Source: Gemmatimonadaceae bacterium (lineage in GTDB: Bacteria; Gemmatimonadota; Gemmatimonadetes; Gemmatimonadales; Gemmatimonadaceae). From it: a DNA stretch of 64,000 nucleotides. The stretch lies in contig JBHYGA010000005.1 of NCBI GenBank assembly GCA_051859245.1, positions 320,001 to 384,000 of the forward strand. The letters run 5' to 3'. Under the pieces are notes generated by a model that had not been told where the DNA came from, searched no databases, and saw nothing but the letters and a program-made list of their open reading frames with translations. Below are positions 48,975 to 58,535 of the stretch, piece after piece. A program made the position numbers and the translations under genes. How positions within the stretch are numbered: the stretch's first letter is position 1; each line of letters begins with the position of its first letter.

Positions 48975-49427
48975 TTAATCAAGGAACCGATCGGCTACGC
49001 CAGGTGCGGGCAGCATGCACATATCGCGACGACCAAACCAACGGTAGCGATTGCGGGCGATGTAGTCGTACACCGCATCGCGCACGAAGCGCGGCACGAT
49101 GCGCGCAAGCGAAAGCAGCGACCACGGCAGGCCGAGCGACGCGGAAATGCGCAGTGCAGCATCGGAGCGCACATGAATACCGTCGGCGTCGAGCAGCACG
49201 ATGCTGTCGGGCATGATCGCTGGTGCACCATTGGCAGACAGCGCACTGCGCGCCGCATCGGACTGTAACGATGCAAAACGAAAGTGTGCACGCTTGTCGC
49301 GTTCAATCACCCATGTCACCGCGCCGTTACACAAGTTGCACACGCCATCGAACAAAATCACCGGCGCCGCTGGCGCAGATGTTGATGTTGTTCGAAACGC
49401 GGGATCGTGCGGTTGCGTAGTGGTCAT
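48975..49427 (-). CDS. DCC-family (DUF393/YuxK) thiol-disulfide oxidoreductase
   Basis: LFDGVCNLC, FASLQS, SDAAL.I, RD..Y..IARNRY.WFG...C. Confidence 0.92.
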   Translation of the reverse strand: MTTTQPHDPAFRTTSTSAPAAPVILFDGVCNLCNGAVTWVIERDKRAHFRFASLQSDAARSALSANGAPAIMPDSIVLLDADGIHVRSDAALRISASLGLPWSLLSLARIVPRFVRDAVYDYIARNRYRWFGRRDMCMLPAPGVADRFLD

Positions 49428-49570
49428 GACATGGCAGCCTGAGGTCAATCGCAAACCCTTTACTCAGTACGTCAAAGCTAGCGGAAAGTTGCCGCTTGTG
49501 ACATGTGCTGGCTGGCCGTCTCTGCCTGCACCGCTCGCGAGCCTGTGGTTCGACACATAGAATCCCTCTC

Positions 49571-50125
49571 GTGCTCATCATTTATCTCTGGATGTTCGTT
49601 GCCGCCGGTGTTTCACTGCTGGCGCTGCTCTGGTTTGGTTCCGTAGACGACGACGGTCTCGCCCCGGAGAGTGATACCGGGCTGGCCGGCCTGGCCGCCG
49701 CATTCCTGTCGATTCGTGGCATGTTGGCGGCGATGACACTGGCCGGGGCCGTGGGCGCGTTTTTGCTCGGCGTCGCGCTCGTGCCCAAACTCGTGTCCGT
49801 GGTTGGCGCGCTGATCGGCGCCGTGGTTGGTGCGCGCGTGTGGCGCGTTGTATTGCGCAAACTCCGGTATTTTGATCGCGATCACGGCGTGTCAACCGAC
49901 GCGTTGCTTGGTCGAGAAGGTACGCTCACTGTCGGCATCGCCAGCGAACGTGCGCCCGGTGTGGTACAAGTCACGCTTGGCGGATTGTCGCAAGAGTTCA
50001 CGGCGCTGCCGGAAACCGATGGCATTCTGCAGGAAGGTTCGCGCGTAGTCATCGTGCGCATCGAGTCGCCGTCCACCGTGGTGGTTGGTCCGAGTCCATA
50101 TCCCGAACATCCTTCTGCCAAATGA
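49571..50125 (+). CDS. NfeD-like (YqiJ/YuaF) membrane protein with OB-fold
   Basis: Three TM segments then L.G.EG...G.V.V...G..V.IV; ATGA overlap with flotillin. Confidence 0.8.
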   Translation: MLIIYLWMFVAAGVSLLALLWFGSVDDDGLAPESDTGLAGLAAAFLSIRGMLAAMTLAGAVGAFLLGVALVPKLVSVVGALIGAVVGARVWRVVLRKLRYFDRDHGVSTDALLGREGTLTVGIASERAPGVVQVTLGGLSQEFTALPETDGILQEGSRVVIVRIESPSTVVVGPSPYPEHPSAK

Positions 50126-51864
50126 CGATCATGCCTTTTTCTCTCGCGCTTCTGCAGGCTGCTGATCCCGAGATTTCGCTCGACGGTGTGCTGTCGGCCA
50201 TTCTCGGCGGCGGCAGCATTGTGTTGATCATCGGTCTCTTTGTTGGTCTCGGCCTGTTCTTCGCGTCGCGCTACAAAGTGTGCCCAACGAATCGGCTGCT
50301 CGTGATCTCCGGTGCGACATCGCAAACCAACGAACACGGTGACACGCTACCCAAGGTGATCGCCGGTGGCGGCACGTTTGTGTGGCCAATTATTCAGCAA
50401 TACAACTTTCTCGATCTCGCGCCGTTCACGTTGAAGGTCGCGTTGCAAGACGCACTCTCCGCCGAAACAATTCGTGTGGCGGTGCCGAGTGCGTTCACGC
50501 TCGCGATTGGCAACGCGTCGCCGCACAAGGAGAACGCCGCCACGCGTCTCGTTGGCAAAAACGAAGAAGAGATCAAAGGTCTCGCCGCCGAAACGATCGT
50601 GGGTACGCTGCGGCAGGTGATTGCGGTGATGACGATCCAGGAGATCAACTCAAACCGCGACGAGTTCCGTCGCAAGATTGAGAGCACGCTCGTTCCGGAA
50701 CTCACCAAGCTCGGCCTGTCGCTGCTCAACGTGAATATTCAGGACTTGCGTGACGAGTCCGGCTATCTCGATGCGCTTGGCAAGAAGGCCGGTTCCGAAG
50801 CCACACAGCGCGCGCTCGGCGACGTGGCTGAGGCGGAGAAAACCGGTGCGATTCGCGTGGCCGAAGCACAGCGCGAGAAGGACGTGATCGTGGCCGCGCA
50901 AAAGCGCGATCAGGTCATCGGTGTGCAGGAAGCACAGTTGGCGCAAACCATGCGTTTGGCCGAAATGACGCGTGAGCAGGACGTGCAAACGCGCACGCAG
51001 GAAACCCAACGCGATCGTGAAGTGGCCACGCTCGATCGTGAACGTCGCATCGCCATCTCGGAAGCGAATGCCGCGGCCGTGGCTGGTGAAGCCGTGGCCG
51101 AAGCACAGAAGCGTGTGCGCATTGCCGAAACGAATGCGGACGCCGTGAAGGGTGAAACGCAGGCCAAGGCGCAGGTGGCGGAATCCGAAGCCAATCTCGC
51201 GGTCACCGCCGCCGAAGCGCGCAAGCGCGCGGAGTCGGCGCGTGCGATCGCGGACGGTCAGGTCGCCGAGGCCACGGCCAAGGCGCGCGAGGCCGCGGCA
51301 CTTGCCGAGGCCAGGCAGATCGAAGCCTCTGAGCGTGCTCGGTTGGAGGCGCCGGCCAAGGCGGCGGCGGCCACAGCGATTGTGTCGGCCGAAGGCCAGG
51401 CCCAGCAGGTCACGATTGCCGCCGAAGCCGCGGCGACAGCCGTGAAGGCCAAGCTCGAAGCGGAAGCCGACGGTCAGTACGCGTTGCTCTCGCAGCGCGC
51501 ACGCGGCCTCAAGGAGCTGGTGGAAGCGGCCGGAAGTCCGGAGCAGGCGTTTGCTCTGTTGCTGGTCGACATGGTCCCAACGCTGGTCGAAAAAGCCGCC
51601 GAGGCGGTGAAGGGGGTGAATGTGGAGAAAGTCATCGTGTGGGACGCGGGCGGCGGTAACGGGGCAGGCGGTGGCGTGAGCCGCGTGACCCACGACCTCG
51701 TTCGCTCCGTGCCGCCCGCGATGGATCTGATCCGTCACGTCACCGGCATTGAACTGCCCGGGTTGGGCAAGCTGTCGCCCGACATGGCGGCCAAGCTTTC
51801 TGCATCGCTCACCCCCGAGCAGGCTGAGGTGCTGCTCGCCGCAACCGATCGCGGCGAGGCATGA
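50122..51864 (+). CDS. Flotillin-family SPFH protein
   Basis: RYK.CP....LVISG, GGG.FV.P.IQ, G.LR..IA.MTI.EIN..R, EL.KLGL, D..GYL.ALG; long EA-rich coiled coil. Confidence 0.93.
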   Translation: MTIMPFSLALLQAADPEISLDGVLSAILGGGSIVLIIGLFVGLGLFFASRYKVCPTNRLLVISGATSQTNEHGDTLPKVIAGGGTFVWPIIQQYNFLDLAPFTLKVALQDALSAETIRVAVPSAFTLAIGNASPHKENAATRLVGKNEEEIKGLAAETIVGTLRQVIAVMTIQEINSNRDEFRRKIESTLVPELTKLGLSLLNVNIQDLRDESGYLDALGKKAGSEATQRALGDVAEAEKTGAIRVAEAQREKDVIVAAQKRDQVIGVQEAQLAQTMRLAEMTREQDVQTRTQETQRDREVATLDRERRIAISEANAAAVAGEAVAEAQKRVRIAETNADAVKGETQAKAQVAESEANLAVTAAEARKRAESARAIADGQVAEATAKAREAAALAEARQIEASERARLEAPAKAAAATAIVSAEGQAQQVTIAAEAAATAVKAKLEAEADGQYALLSQRARGLKELVEAAGSPEQAFALLLVDMVPTLVEKAAEAVKGVNVEKVIVWDAGGGNGAGGGVSRVTHDLVRSVPPAMDLIRHVTGIELPGLGKLSPDMAAKLSASLTPEQAEVLLAATDRGEA

Positions 51865-51949
51865 CGTAACCCAACAGCGCTCCGGCTCGTCGTATATGGC
51901 CGTCACCTGATGTCGCGGTGGCGGCCCGACCTTGAACGGAGCGCTGTGC

Positions 51950-52219
51950 ATGTCCCTTTCCTTTGCCAGGGCCACCGAGCCCTGGACCCCCGCCCTTGTA
52001 CCGCGTCAGTGGTGGTACGTCGCGCCAAGCACCTCAAGCCCCCAGGGCACGCCTGCGGAAGGACCGTGGACGCTCGCGCACGTGCAGCAGGCGATCACAG
52101 GTGGCGCGATCGAAAGCTCTCGCCTGGTGTGGACGCCGGGCATGGCGTCGTGGTCGCCGGTGGGTCATCAGCCCGAGTTTGCCTTCGATTTTTCGCCGCC
52201 GCCGTTGCCCGCGGCGTAA
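51950..52219 (+). CDS. GYF_2 (DUF4339) domain protein
   Basis: WWY...GP.....V...I..G.I....LVW.PGM..W.P....PEF...PPPLP. Confidence 0.8.
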   Translation: MSLSFARATEPWTPALVPRQWWYVAPSTSSPQGTPAEGPWTLAHVQQAITGGAIESSRLVWTPGMASWSPVGHQPEFAFDFSPPPLPAA

Positions 52220-52254
52220 CGGCCAGACGTGAAGCTCGTTCCGTCACCACGCGC

Positions 52255-53049
52255 GTGAGCCTTCGCCTGCAGCAGGTGCATGTGCGCTGTGCGGGATGCG
52301 GCGCGCCGGCTGGCGATCCGTCGCTCACGCGATGCAGTTACTGCACGCTGGTGTTCGGGCAGCGCGCGTGTCCGAGCTGCCATTGCCGCATGGCGCCCGG
52401 CGTCACGTTCTGCCAGTGGTGCGGTACCGGTACGATTACACCGGCTGCTGAGCACTCCACGCTGTTGTGTCCCTGCGGGAACGCCACGTTGCAACACCGG
52501 GCGATTCCCGTTCCACCTGGCACCGTTGGCGGCGCGATGTACATCGCTGACTGTCCGGTATGCACTGGCATGTGGCTTTCGCGAGAATCGGTGGAACGAC
52601 TTGTCGCCAGTCATGCCGACGACGCCATCGTGCTCGCGCTTGCGCCGGGAGTGGGAGCGGCCGTTGCCTCACGAGCGAAGAGCGTGACCGAAACAAGCGT
52701 GCGCTACAGAAAATGCCCCGAGTGCAGCGGGCTCATGAATCGCGTGAACTACGCGCGCATCTCGGGCATCGTGGTTGATGTGTGCAAGTCGCACGGCACA
52801 TGGTTCGATGCGCATGAGTTGCCAGCGCTGCTCGACTTCGTACGGCGCGGTGGCCTTGATGTGGCGCGCAAGCGAGAAACTGTTGCGCTCGCAGACGAAC
52901 GTCGCCGACTTGAGCGAGAGCGCGCGATCCGCACGCAAACGGAGCACATGCGCGGGGATCGGCGCGCAGTGTGGCTGCTCTCGGAGCGTGGTGATTCGCA
53001 TCGCCCGAGTTTATTCTCGTTGCTCGGCGACCTGCTCAACAAATCGTGA
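52255..53049 (+). CDS. Multi-zinc-ribbon protein (double zinc ribbon + two zf-TFIIB-like domains)
   Basis: CAGC, CSYC, CPSC, CQWC, CPVC..G.W, CPEC...M, D.C..HG.WFD..EL. Confidence 0.82.
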   Translation: MSLRLQQVHVRCAGCGAPAGDPSLTRCSYCTLVFGQRACPSCHCRMAPGVTFCQWCGTGTITPAAEHSTLLCPCGNATLQHRAIPVPPGTVGGAMYIADCPVCTGMWLSRESVERLVASHADDAIVLALAPGVGAAVASRAKSVTETSVRYRKCPECSGLMNRVNYARISGIVVDVCKSHGTWFDAHELPALLDFVRRGGLDVARKRETVALADERRRLERERAIRTQTEHMRGDRRAVWLLSERGDSHRPSLFSLLGDLLNKS

Positions 53050-53076
53050 GCAGGATCGCCGAGCCACAACCGAGTA

Positions 53077-53763
53077 TTACGGAGCCTGCTTCTTCATGGC
53101 AAAGTCGTACTCAAGGCGAATCGTGTCGTTCACGCTTAGCACCACACGCACACGCGGCTGCGTGAGCTGGAACTCGGCAAAGGTGAACGATGTCGCGGCT
53201 GTACCCGTGAGTTGGTCCCCTGCCACATTCGCCGTCACGTTCCACGTGCTCGGGCGCGTAACGCCTTTCACAGTGAGATCGCCGAGCAGCTGAAACTGCA
53301 CGCGGCCGCTGGTTGGCAGCGGCGACGGCAATCCGCGAACACCGGTCACCGCCAGTCGCGTGGTGGGGAACGAATCGGTCACCAACAAGCGCGACCGCAC
53401 GTAGTTGTCGCGTCGCGCTTCATCGCTGGTCAGGCCCGCGAGTGTGACATCAAAGCTGGAAGTACCGCGCACTACAGCGCCCGATTTATCGAGCGCAATC
53501 GTGCCGGTAATGGCCGACGTCTCACCAACGGCATCGTTGTCGAGTTCGCGTCCAAGCAATCGCTCGCGCACGCGATACCGTGCCTTGCTGCCTTCCGCGA
53601 CCGTGACGTATTTCACGGCAATCTGTTGCAACGGAGCGCGCGCTGGTTCGGCCGCGTGCGCCTCCTGCGTTTCCGTGGTCGCGCGCGGCGACCACGGTGT
53701 GAGACTGAGCACGCCGGCTACGGCGGCGCCAATCGCGAGTGATGTAACGCGGGGATTGATCAC
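53077..53763 (-). CDS. YceI-family lipid/polyisoprenoid-binding protein
   Basis: S.ARYRVRE, L.SD..RRD, L....FP, GDLT.KGVT; signal peptide. Confidence 0.88.
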   Translation of the reverse strand: MINPRVTSLAIGAAVAGVLSLTPWSPRATTETQEAHAAEPARAPLQQIAVKYVTVAEGSKARYRVRERLLGRELDNDAVGETSAITGTIALDKSGAVVRGTSSFDVTLAGLTSDEARRDNYVRSRLLVTDSFPTTRLAVTGVRGLPSPLPTSGRVQFQLLGDLTVKGVTRPSTWNVTANVAGDQLTGTAATSFTFAEFQLTQPRVRVVLSVNDTIRLEYDFAMKKQAP

Positions 53764-56462
53764 TGCTGGTTCTCCATAGTGACCGGACCCTTCGCGTCTT
53801 TCTTGCCATCGTTCTTGACGTACTTGTCAAGCCACGCGACCCAGCGGCCCCACTGATCAAGGACCGTCTCCTTGGCAATCGGACCATGATCTTCGTAGGG
53901 ATACATGTACAACGAAACGTTCTTACCCAGTCCCTGCAGTGCGTGGAACAAGCGCTCCGAGTTGATCGGCGCGGTGCCAACGTTCTGGTCATCGGTGCTG
54001 TGGTAGAGCAACAGCGCGCCGTTCAGTTTGTCGGCATACAGAAATGGCGACATTGCAAGATACGTTTCGCGACCCTGCCAGAAATCGCGACGCTCACTCT
54101 GGAATCCGTTGGGTGTGAGCGTGCGATTGTAGGCGCCGTCACCCGCAATACCGGCTTTGAAAAACGGCGTGTGCACCATCGCGTTCACGGCACTGAACGC
54201 GCCGTAGCTGTGCCCGCCAATACCGAGGCGATGGCGGTCCACGATTGCCAGCGTGTCGAGCGCATCGATCGTGGCGGCCAGATTGTTGCGCAGATCGGCC
54301 ACGTAGTTGTCGTTCGGCTGCATGCCATCGCTGGCAAAGATCGGTGCATCCGGCTCAATGAGTGCGTAGCCCTGCGTGGTGATAAACGCCATGCTGCGCG
54401 GTGCGAACGTTGGGAAACGACGTGACGCCGCACCAGCGGGTGCGTTGGCCTGACGATCGTACTCCGCCTGATTCTGATACTCGCGCGGATAGAACCAGAA
54501 GAGTGCGGGCAAACGCGTGCCTTCTTTGTAGTCAGCCGGCAGCGTGACACGCACATTGAACGTGTAGCCGTCGGCCCGACGCGCAACCACCGTGCGCTTC
54601 TGCAGCGATGACAGCTCCGGGAACAGATCGCGATTGTTCGTGAGCTGACGTGCGGTCTTTGTGGCCACGTCAAGCACAAACGACTGCGGCGGTGTGGTGG
54701 CTGACTCGCGGTTCACAATGGCGCGCGTAAAGTCGTCATCAAGCGCAGCGCCGATCGACTCCGAAATGTCGCCGCTGCTCTCATACACACGCGTGCGTTC
54801 GCCCGTTTTGATCGCCACGCGATCCACCCATACGCGCGGTGAGCGACCGGTCGTGGTATCGGGTGTTGAGCCCTGCAGAAACACCGACTGACCATCGCTT
54901 GATACCATCACGCTTGGCGCACCACGGCGACCGGGCTTGCTCATGAGCGTTGCGGCGCCGGGCGCCGCGGCAGCAGCGCGACCGCCTGCAGGTGCCGCAG
55001 GACGCGTTGTATCTGCACGGGCCGCGCTGTCAGCGCCACGTCCGCGGCGCGGCGCAACGATCGTGTACTTCTTGTCGGGCTCGTCAACAAAGATCGCAAG
55101 TTCCGTTGTGCCGCCGGTGCCGGTTTCTGACACAAACAGAATCTTGCCATCGTCGGAGAATCGGCTGTTCGCAATGCGATTGCTGGTTTCGTAGACGACT
55201 TTCTGGCTCGTGCTGTCGAACGGCGGCAGCCAGTGCACCAGCCGGTCCGCGCGACGCGCGAGCGACGCCGAGTCCGTACGCGCGGCAGGTGCCGCACCCG
55301 CGCGAGCGGCAGGCGCTGGCGCGAGTTGCGCGAACAACAAGCCGGCTTGTGTGGGGTGCCACTGCAGGCTGCGCTTGGCCGTGTCATTGCCAGCGCCGCG
55401 CGCGGCGGGTGTTGTCGGACGGGCGGGAGGATTGTCGGGATCGTCAACCGCTTCGCCTTCACGCAGTGGACGCTTGGACAGCTGCACCAGCGATTTGCCG
55501 CTCGCGTCGATCACGTTTTCTGTTTGTCCAAAGCTCGCGACCGGCAACAGATACGAGAACGGTTCATCGAGCGACGTGACGCGGAAATGCTGTCCATCAG
55601 GAGACGCGCTCAGCGTGCGAATCATTTGCGGTGCGCCGATTTTTTTCACCGCGCGCGAACGCACATCGATCACTGCCAACTGACCCGTGGAGTAATACGT
55701 TAACAGCGTTTTGTCGTACGGCGTGGTGAGCAGACTGGCGTAGGTGCGCGTCTTCAGTTTGTTGTTGTCATTCACGCGCACAATCGGTTCGGTGGCGACG
55801 GCTGGCGGCGCGGGTTCCGCACCGCGACCATCGGGCACCAACACCGCGACAATGCTCCGACTGTCTGCGGTCCACTCCATGTTCGTCACGTGCGTTGCAA
55901 GCAGCGGGGTGCGCGTGAGCGGGCGCGAGCGACCCGTGGCCGGATCGGCGAGGTAGATGTGTGTGGCGTTGTCGAACAGGGCCATGAAGGCGATCGTGGT
56001 GCCGTCGGGCGACCACGCCGTGGGCCCAACGCGCGCACCGGTTGGGATATTCACACTCACGACCTTGCCCGTCTCCCAATTGCGTAGCTCCAGACCAGCG
56101 CTCGAGCGCGTGGTCAACGAGCGCGCCCGGCTGGCGACACGATCCACCTGAAATCCGCCGAGATTGTGGTATGGCTTGCCCATCGCCGCGAGCGACGGCA
56201 GGCCATCGCTTACCGTGCGCAGAAACCACTGACGGCTGCCCGGGTTCGGGGCGCTGAAGGTGATGTTCTGTTCACGGGGCGCAGTCACCAGCTTTTCCAG
56301 CGCTGGCGGCGGGGTGATGTAGCGTTCCGCGTTGATCGCTTCATCGAGCTGCGCCGTGTTGCTGGTGGGCTTGTTCTGCGCGAGCAGGAGGCTCGCGGGG
56401 AACGAGATCAGCATCGCGAGGGCAGTGTAGCGGACCAATCGGCGTGGGGCTGGTGCGGGCAT
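53760..56462 (-). CDS. S9-family prolyl oligopeptidase-like peptidase (glutamyl endopeptidase-like)
   Basis: beta-propeller; YPRE; GGHSYGA nucleophile; G..NRTLTP.GFQ.E.R; D.N.GT; P.E.H. Confidence 0.92.
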   Translation of the reverse strand: MPAPAPRRLVRYTALAMLISFPASLLLAQNKPTSNTAQLDEAINAERYITPPPALEKLVTAPREQNITFSAPNPGSRQWFLRTVSDGLPSLAAMGKPYHNLGGFQVDRVASRARSLTTRSSAGLELRNWETGKVVSVNIPTGARVGPTAWSPDGTTIAFMALFDNATHIYLADPATGRSRPLTRTPLLATHVTNMEWTADSRSIVAVLVPDGRGAEPAPPAVATEPIVRVNDNNKLKTRTYASLLTTPYDKTLLTYYSTGQLAVIDVRSRAVKKIGAPQMIRTLSASPDGQHFRVTSLDEPFSYLLPVASFGQTENVIDASGKSLVQLSKRPLREGEAVDDPDNPPARPTTPAARGAGNDTAKRSLQWHPTQAGLLFAQLAPAPAARAGAAPAARTDSASLARRADRLVHWLPPFDSTSQKVVYETSNRIANSRFSDDGKILFVSETGTGGTTELAIFVDEPDKKYTIVAPRRGRGADSAARADTTRPAAPAGGRAAAAAPGAATLMSKPGRRGAPSVMVSSDGQSVFLQGSTPDTTTGRSPRVWVDRVAIKTGERTRVYESSGDISESIGAALDDDFTRAIVNRESATTPPQSFVLDVATKTARQLTNNRDLFPELSSLQKRTVVARRADGYTFNVRVTLPADYKEGTRLPALFWFYPREYQNQAEYDRQANAPAGAASRRFPTFAPRSMAFITTQGYALIEPDAPIFASDGMQPNDNYVADLRNNLAATIDALDTLAIVDRHRLGIGGHSYGAFSAVNAMVHTPFFKAGIAGDGAYNRTLTPNGFQSERRDFWQGRETYLAMSPFLYADKLNGALLLYHSTDDQNVGTAPINSERLFHALQGLGKNVSLYMYPYEDHGPIAKETVLDQWGRWVAWLDKYVKNDGKKDAKGPVTMENQQ

Positions 56463-56612
56463 GGGCAGGCTTGCCTGGGAAGGATGGATCGGGAGAAACG
56501 GACGGCACTCCCGACGATGGGGCCGGTCGTTCGCTGACGCAACCGGGACGAACGGGGAAACCAGCGCGGGGAGTCTGCGTATTGTACGCATCCCCCTTAC
56601 CAGGTGCTGTCC

Positions 56613-56807
56613 ATGATTGCTTCCCTGCTTCGGCTAGTTGCGCTTCGCCCCTTTCTGGGCATGGCGATTCTGGGCGTGCCAGTGCTCGCCCTGATTGCCC
56701 TTGGACTGCTGACGGTCGTGGCGTTCAAGGTGATGGTCGCGCTGATCATCCCGGTGTCCGTGGTACTGCTGGTGCTCTGGCTCCTTCGACGAATGAAGCG
56801 TGCCTGA
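56613..56807 (+). CDS. Small hydrophobic membrane protein
   Basis: 64 aa, almost entirely hydrophobic with basic C-terminus. Confidence 0.6.
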   Translation: MIASLLRLVALRPFLGMAILGVPVLALIALGLLTVVAFKVMVALIIPVSVVLLVLWLLRRMKRA

Positions 56808-56843
56808 GTAGCATCGGCGAGCGCTTTCGGCGACCATTCGGGC

Positions 56844-57485
56844 ATGCCTCATTCGCGTGCCCGTTGTCTCATGTTTTTGCTCGCCACATCGCTGTGCTTC
56901 GTGGCTCCGGCTCTCGCCAGCCGTCTGCACGCACAGCCCGTTCAGCCCACCGGTACGGTCTTCCCACGGTACGCGGGCTCGCGCGCCGAAGCCGAAGTTG
57001 ACCGCCCCCATGAGTTTTACGTGAGCACCGTGGGTTGGATTCCGCTCGGACGCGTGCTCTGGTCGTCCGGGAGCGATCAAGTCACGCCCTCGCCCAAGGT
57101 GTGGCCCAAAGACCTTGAATCCTACGGTCGTCGCTTTATCACGCGATCGGCGCAGCTGGTTATCATCGAGGCCGTTCGCCACAGCTCGGCCGCCGCGCTC
57201 GATCGCGATCCCGTGTACGTGCGCTGTGCGTGTGAAGGCGTTGCCTCTCGACTCCGGCACGCCACGCTCGGCGTGGTGACCGATTTTGATACCAAGGGCC
57301 AGCGTCGCATCGGATGGCCGCGGTTCGCGGGCGCACTCGCCGGCGCGCTCGCGTTGGGACAGCTGCAGCCCGAGCAAAACAAAACCGGCACGATTGCACT
57401 GCGAACCGGATTAACGGTTGCCGGCGCACTCATCGGCAACACGATGCTTGAGTTCGACATGATGCCGGGCGGCAAGCACGACTAG
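56844..57485 (+). CDS. Hypothetical secreted/membrane protein
   Basis: Signal peptide; YGRR, DP.Y..C.C.G...RL.HA pattern. Confidence 0.7.
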   Translation: MPHSRARCLMFLLATSLCFVAPALASRLHAQPVQPTGTVFPRYAGSRAEAEVDRPHEFYVSTVGWIPLGRVLWSSGSDQVTPSPKVWPKDLESYGRRFITRSAQLVIIEAVRHSSAAALDRDPVYVRCACEGVASRLRHATLGVVTDFDTKGQRRIGWPRFAGALAGALALGQLQPEQNKTGTIALRTGLTVAGALIGNTMLEFDMMPGGKHD

Positions 57486-57666
57486 TCGGTGTTCCCGGGC
57501 AACTCCCCTGGTTTCGCGCGCCGTTTTTCGGAACTCGCGACGGCGCAAAGGGATATGTTTACCACGTGAAGTGCGCGGGTCTGTTTCCGTGCTTTCACCT
57601 CGTGGCGTCAACGGAAGAGACTCCACGCCAACTATCACGGCGGTACGAACGCGCAGGATGGATTTC

Positions 57667-58095
57667 ATGGATAATACGAACGACACGGGCACGACCATCA
57701 ACGACCTTGCGATCGTGCTGCCGAAGCTGGATGCGGCGCGCAACGATCTGCTGGCGTTGCACCGGGTGCTGCTGCACGCGGAACGCGTGCGCTACGAAAA
57801 AGTGTTCGGACGCATTCCAGGCAACGGCGCGTTTCTGCAGCTCGCGATGAATGACCCGTGGTTCACGTGGCTTCGGCCAATGATGCGGCTCGTGTCAGAA
57901 ATTGACTCGCGTCTGCTGGATCGTGGGCAGCCGCCGCTGTCCGCTGAAGAGGCGTCACAGTGGCTTGCCGACGCGAATCGTTTGCTGCGCCCGGATGCGG
58001 AAGGTTCAGGCTTTCAGCAGGAGTTCCAGGCGCTGCTGCAGGACTCTCCGGAAGTAGCAGTGATGCATCGGCAGTTGGTGAAAGAGCGCGACTGA
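57667..58095 (+). CDS. Conserved hypothetical helical protein
   Basis: LL.LH..LL.AER..YE..FG, DP.F.WLRP, ID, LQ..P.V. Confidence 0.75.
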   Translation: MDNTNDTGTTINDLAIVLPKLDAARNDLLALHRVLLHAERVRYEKVFGRIPGNGAFLQLAMNDPWFTWLRPMMRLVSEIDSRLLDRGQPPLSAEEASQWLADANRLLRPDAEGSGFQQEFQALLQDSPEVAVMHRQLVKERD

Positions 58096-58118
58096 GGGCG
58101 TGCCGCTTAGGTTGCGGT

Positions 58119-58535
58119 ATGCTGTTTCACGCCCTGCTGTTGCTCTCACTCTCGGGATTCGCCATGTCGCAGCGCTCGCTTCCGCCATGCCCGGATACAC
58201 CGAACTGCGTGTCGACGGAGTCCACACGATCATCGCAGCGCATGGAGGCGGTGCCATTCCGGGACGATCCCGCGTCAGCGCTGGCGCGGGCTCGTGCGGC
58301 CCTGCTCGAAGAATCGCGCACCACGATTGTTGCGGAAGACGCGGGCTGGCTGAAGGCCGAAGCCAAGAGTTTTCTGTTTCGTTTTGTGGACGACGTCGAG
58401 ATTCTCGTGGATGCGTCGGCTCGAGTCTTCCGGTTTCGTTCCGCCTCACGCGTGGGAAAGAGTGACCTCGGCGTGAACCGCAAACGGATGCAACGAATCA
58501 GCGAGCGGCTGCGGCAGGATTCGGGGTCCAGGTAA
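58119..58535 (+). CDS. DUF1499 protein
   Basis: CP.TPNCVST, F.FVDDVE, RSASRVG.SDLGVNR.R. Confidence 0.92.
   Translation: MLFHALLLLSLSGFAMSQRSLPPCPDTPNCVSTESTRSSQRMEAVPFRDDPASALARARAALLEESRTTIVAEDAGWLKAEAKSFLFRFVDDVEILVDASARVFRFRSASRVGKSDLGVNRKRMQRISERLRQDSGSR

Noticed and set aside
50650..51975. 441-aa minus-strand ORF (likewise 31271-32452, 38383-39552, 63022-63957)
   Set aside because: Antisense to well-supported genes (flotillin, M14 peptidase, rocD region, isomerase); codon-bias artefacts
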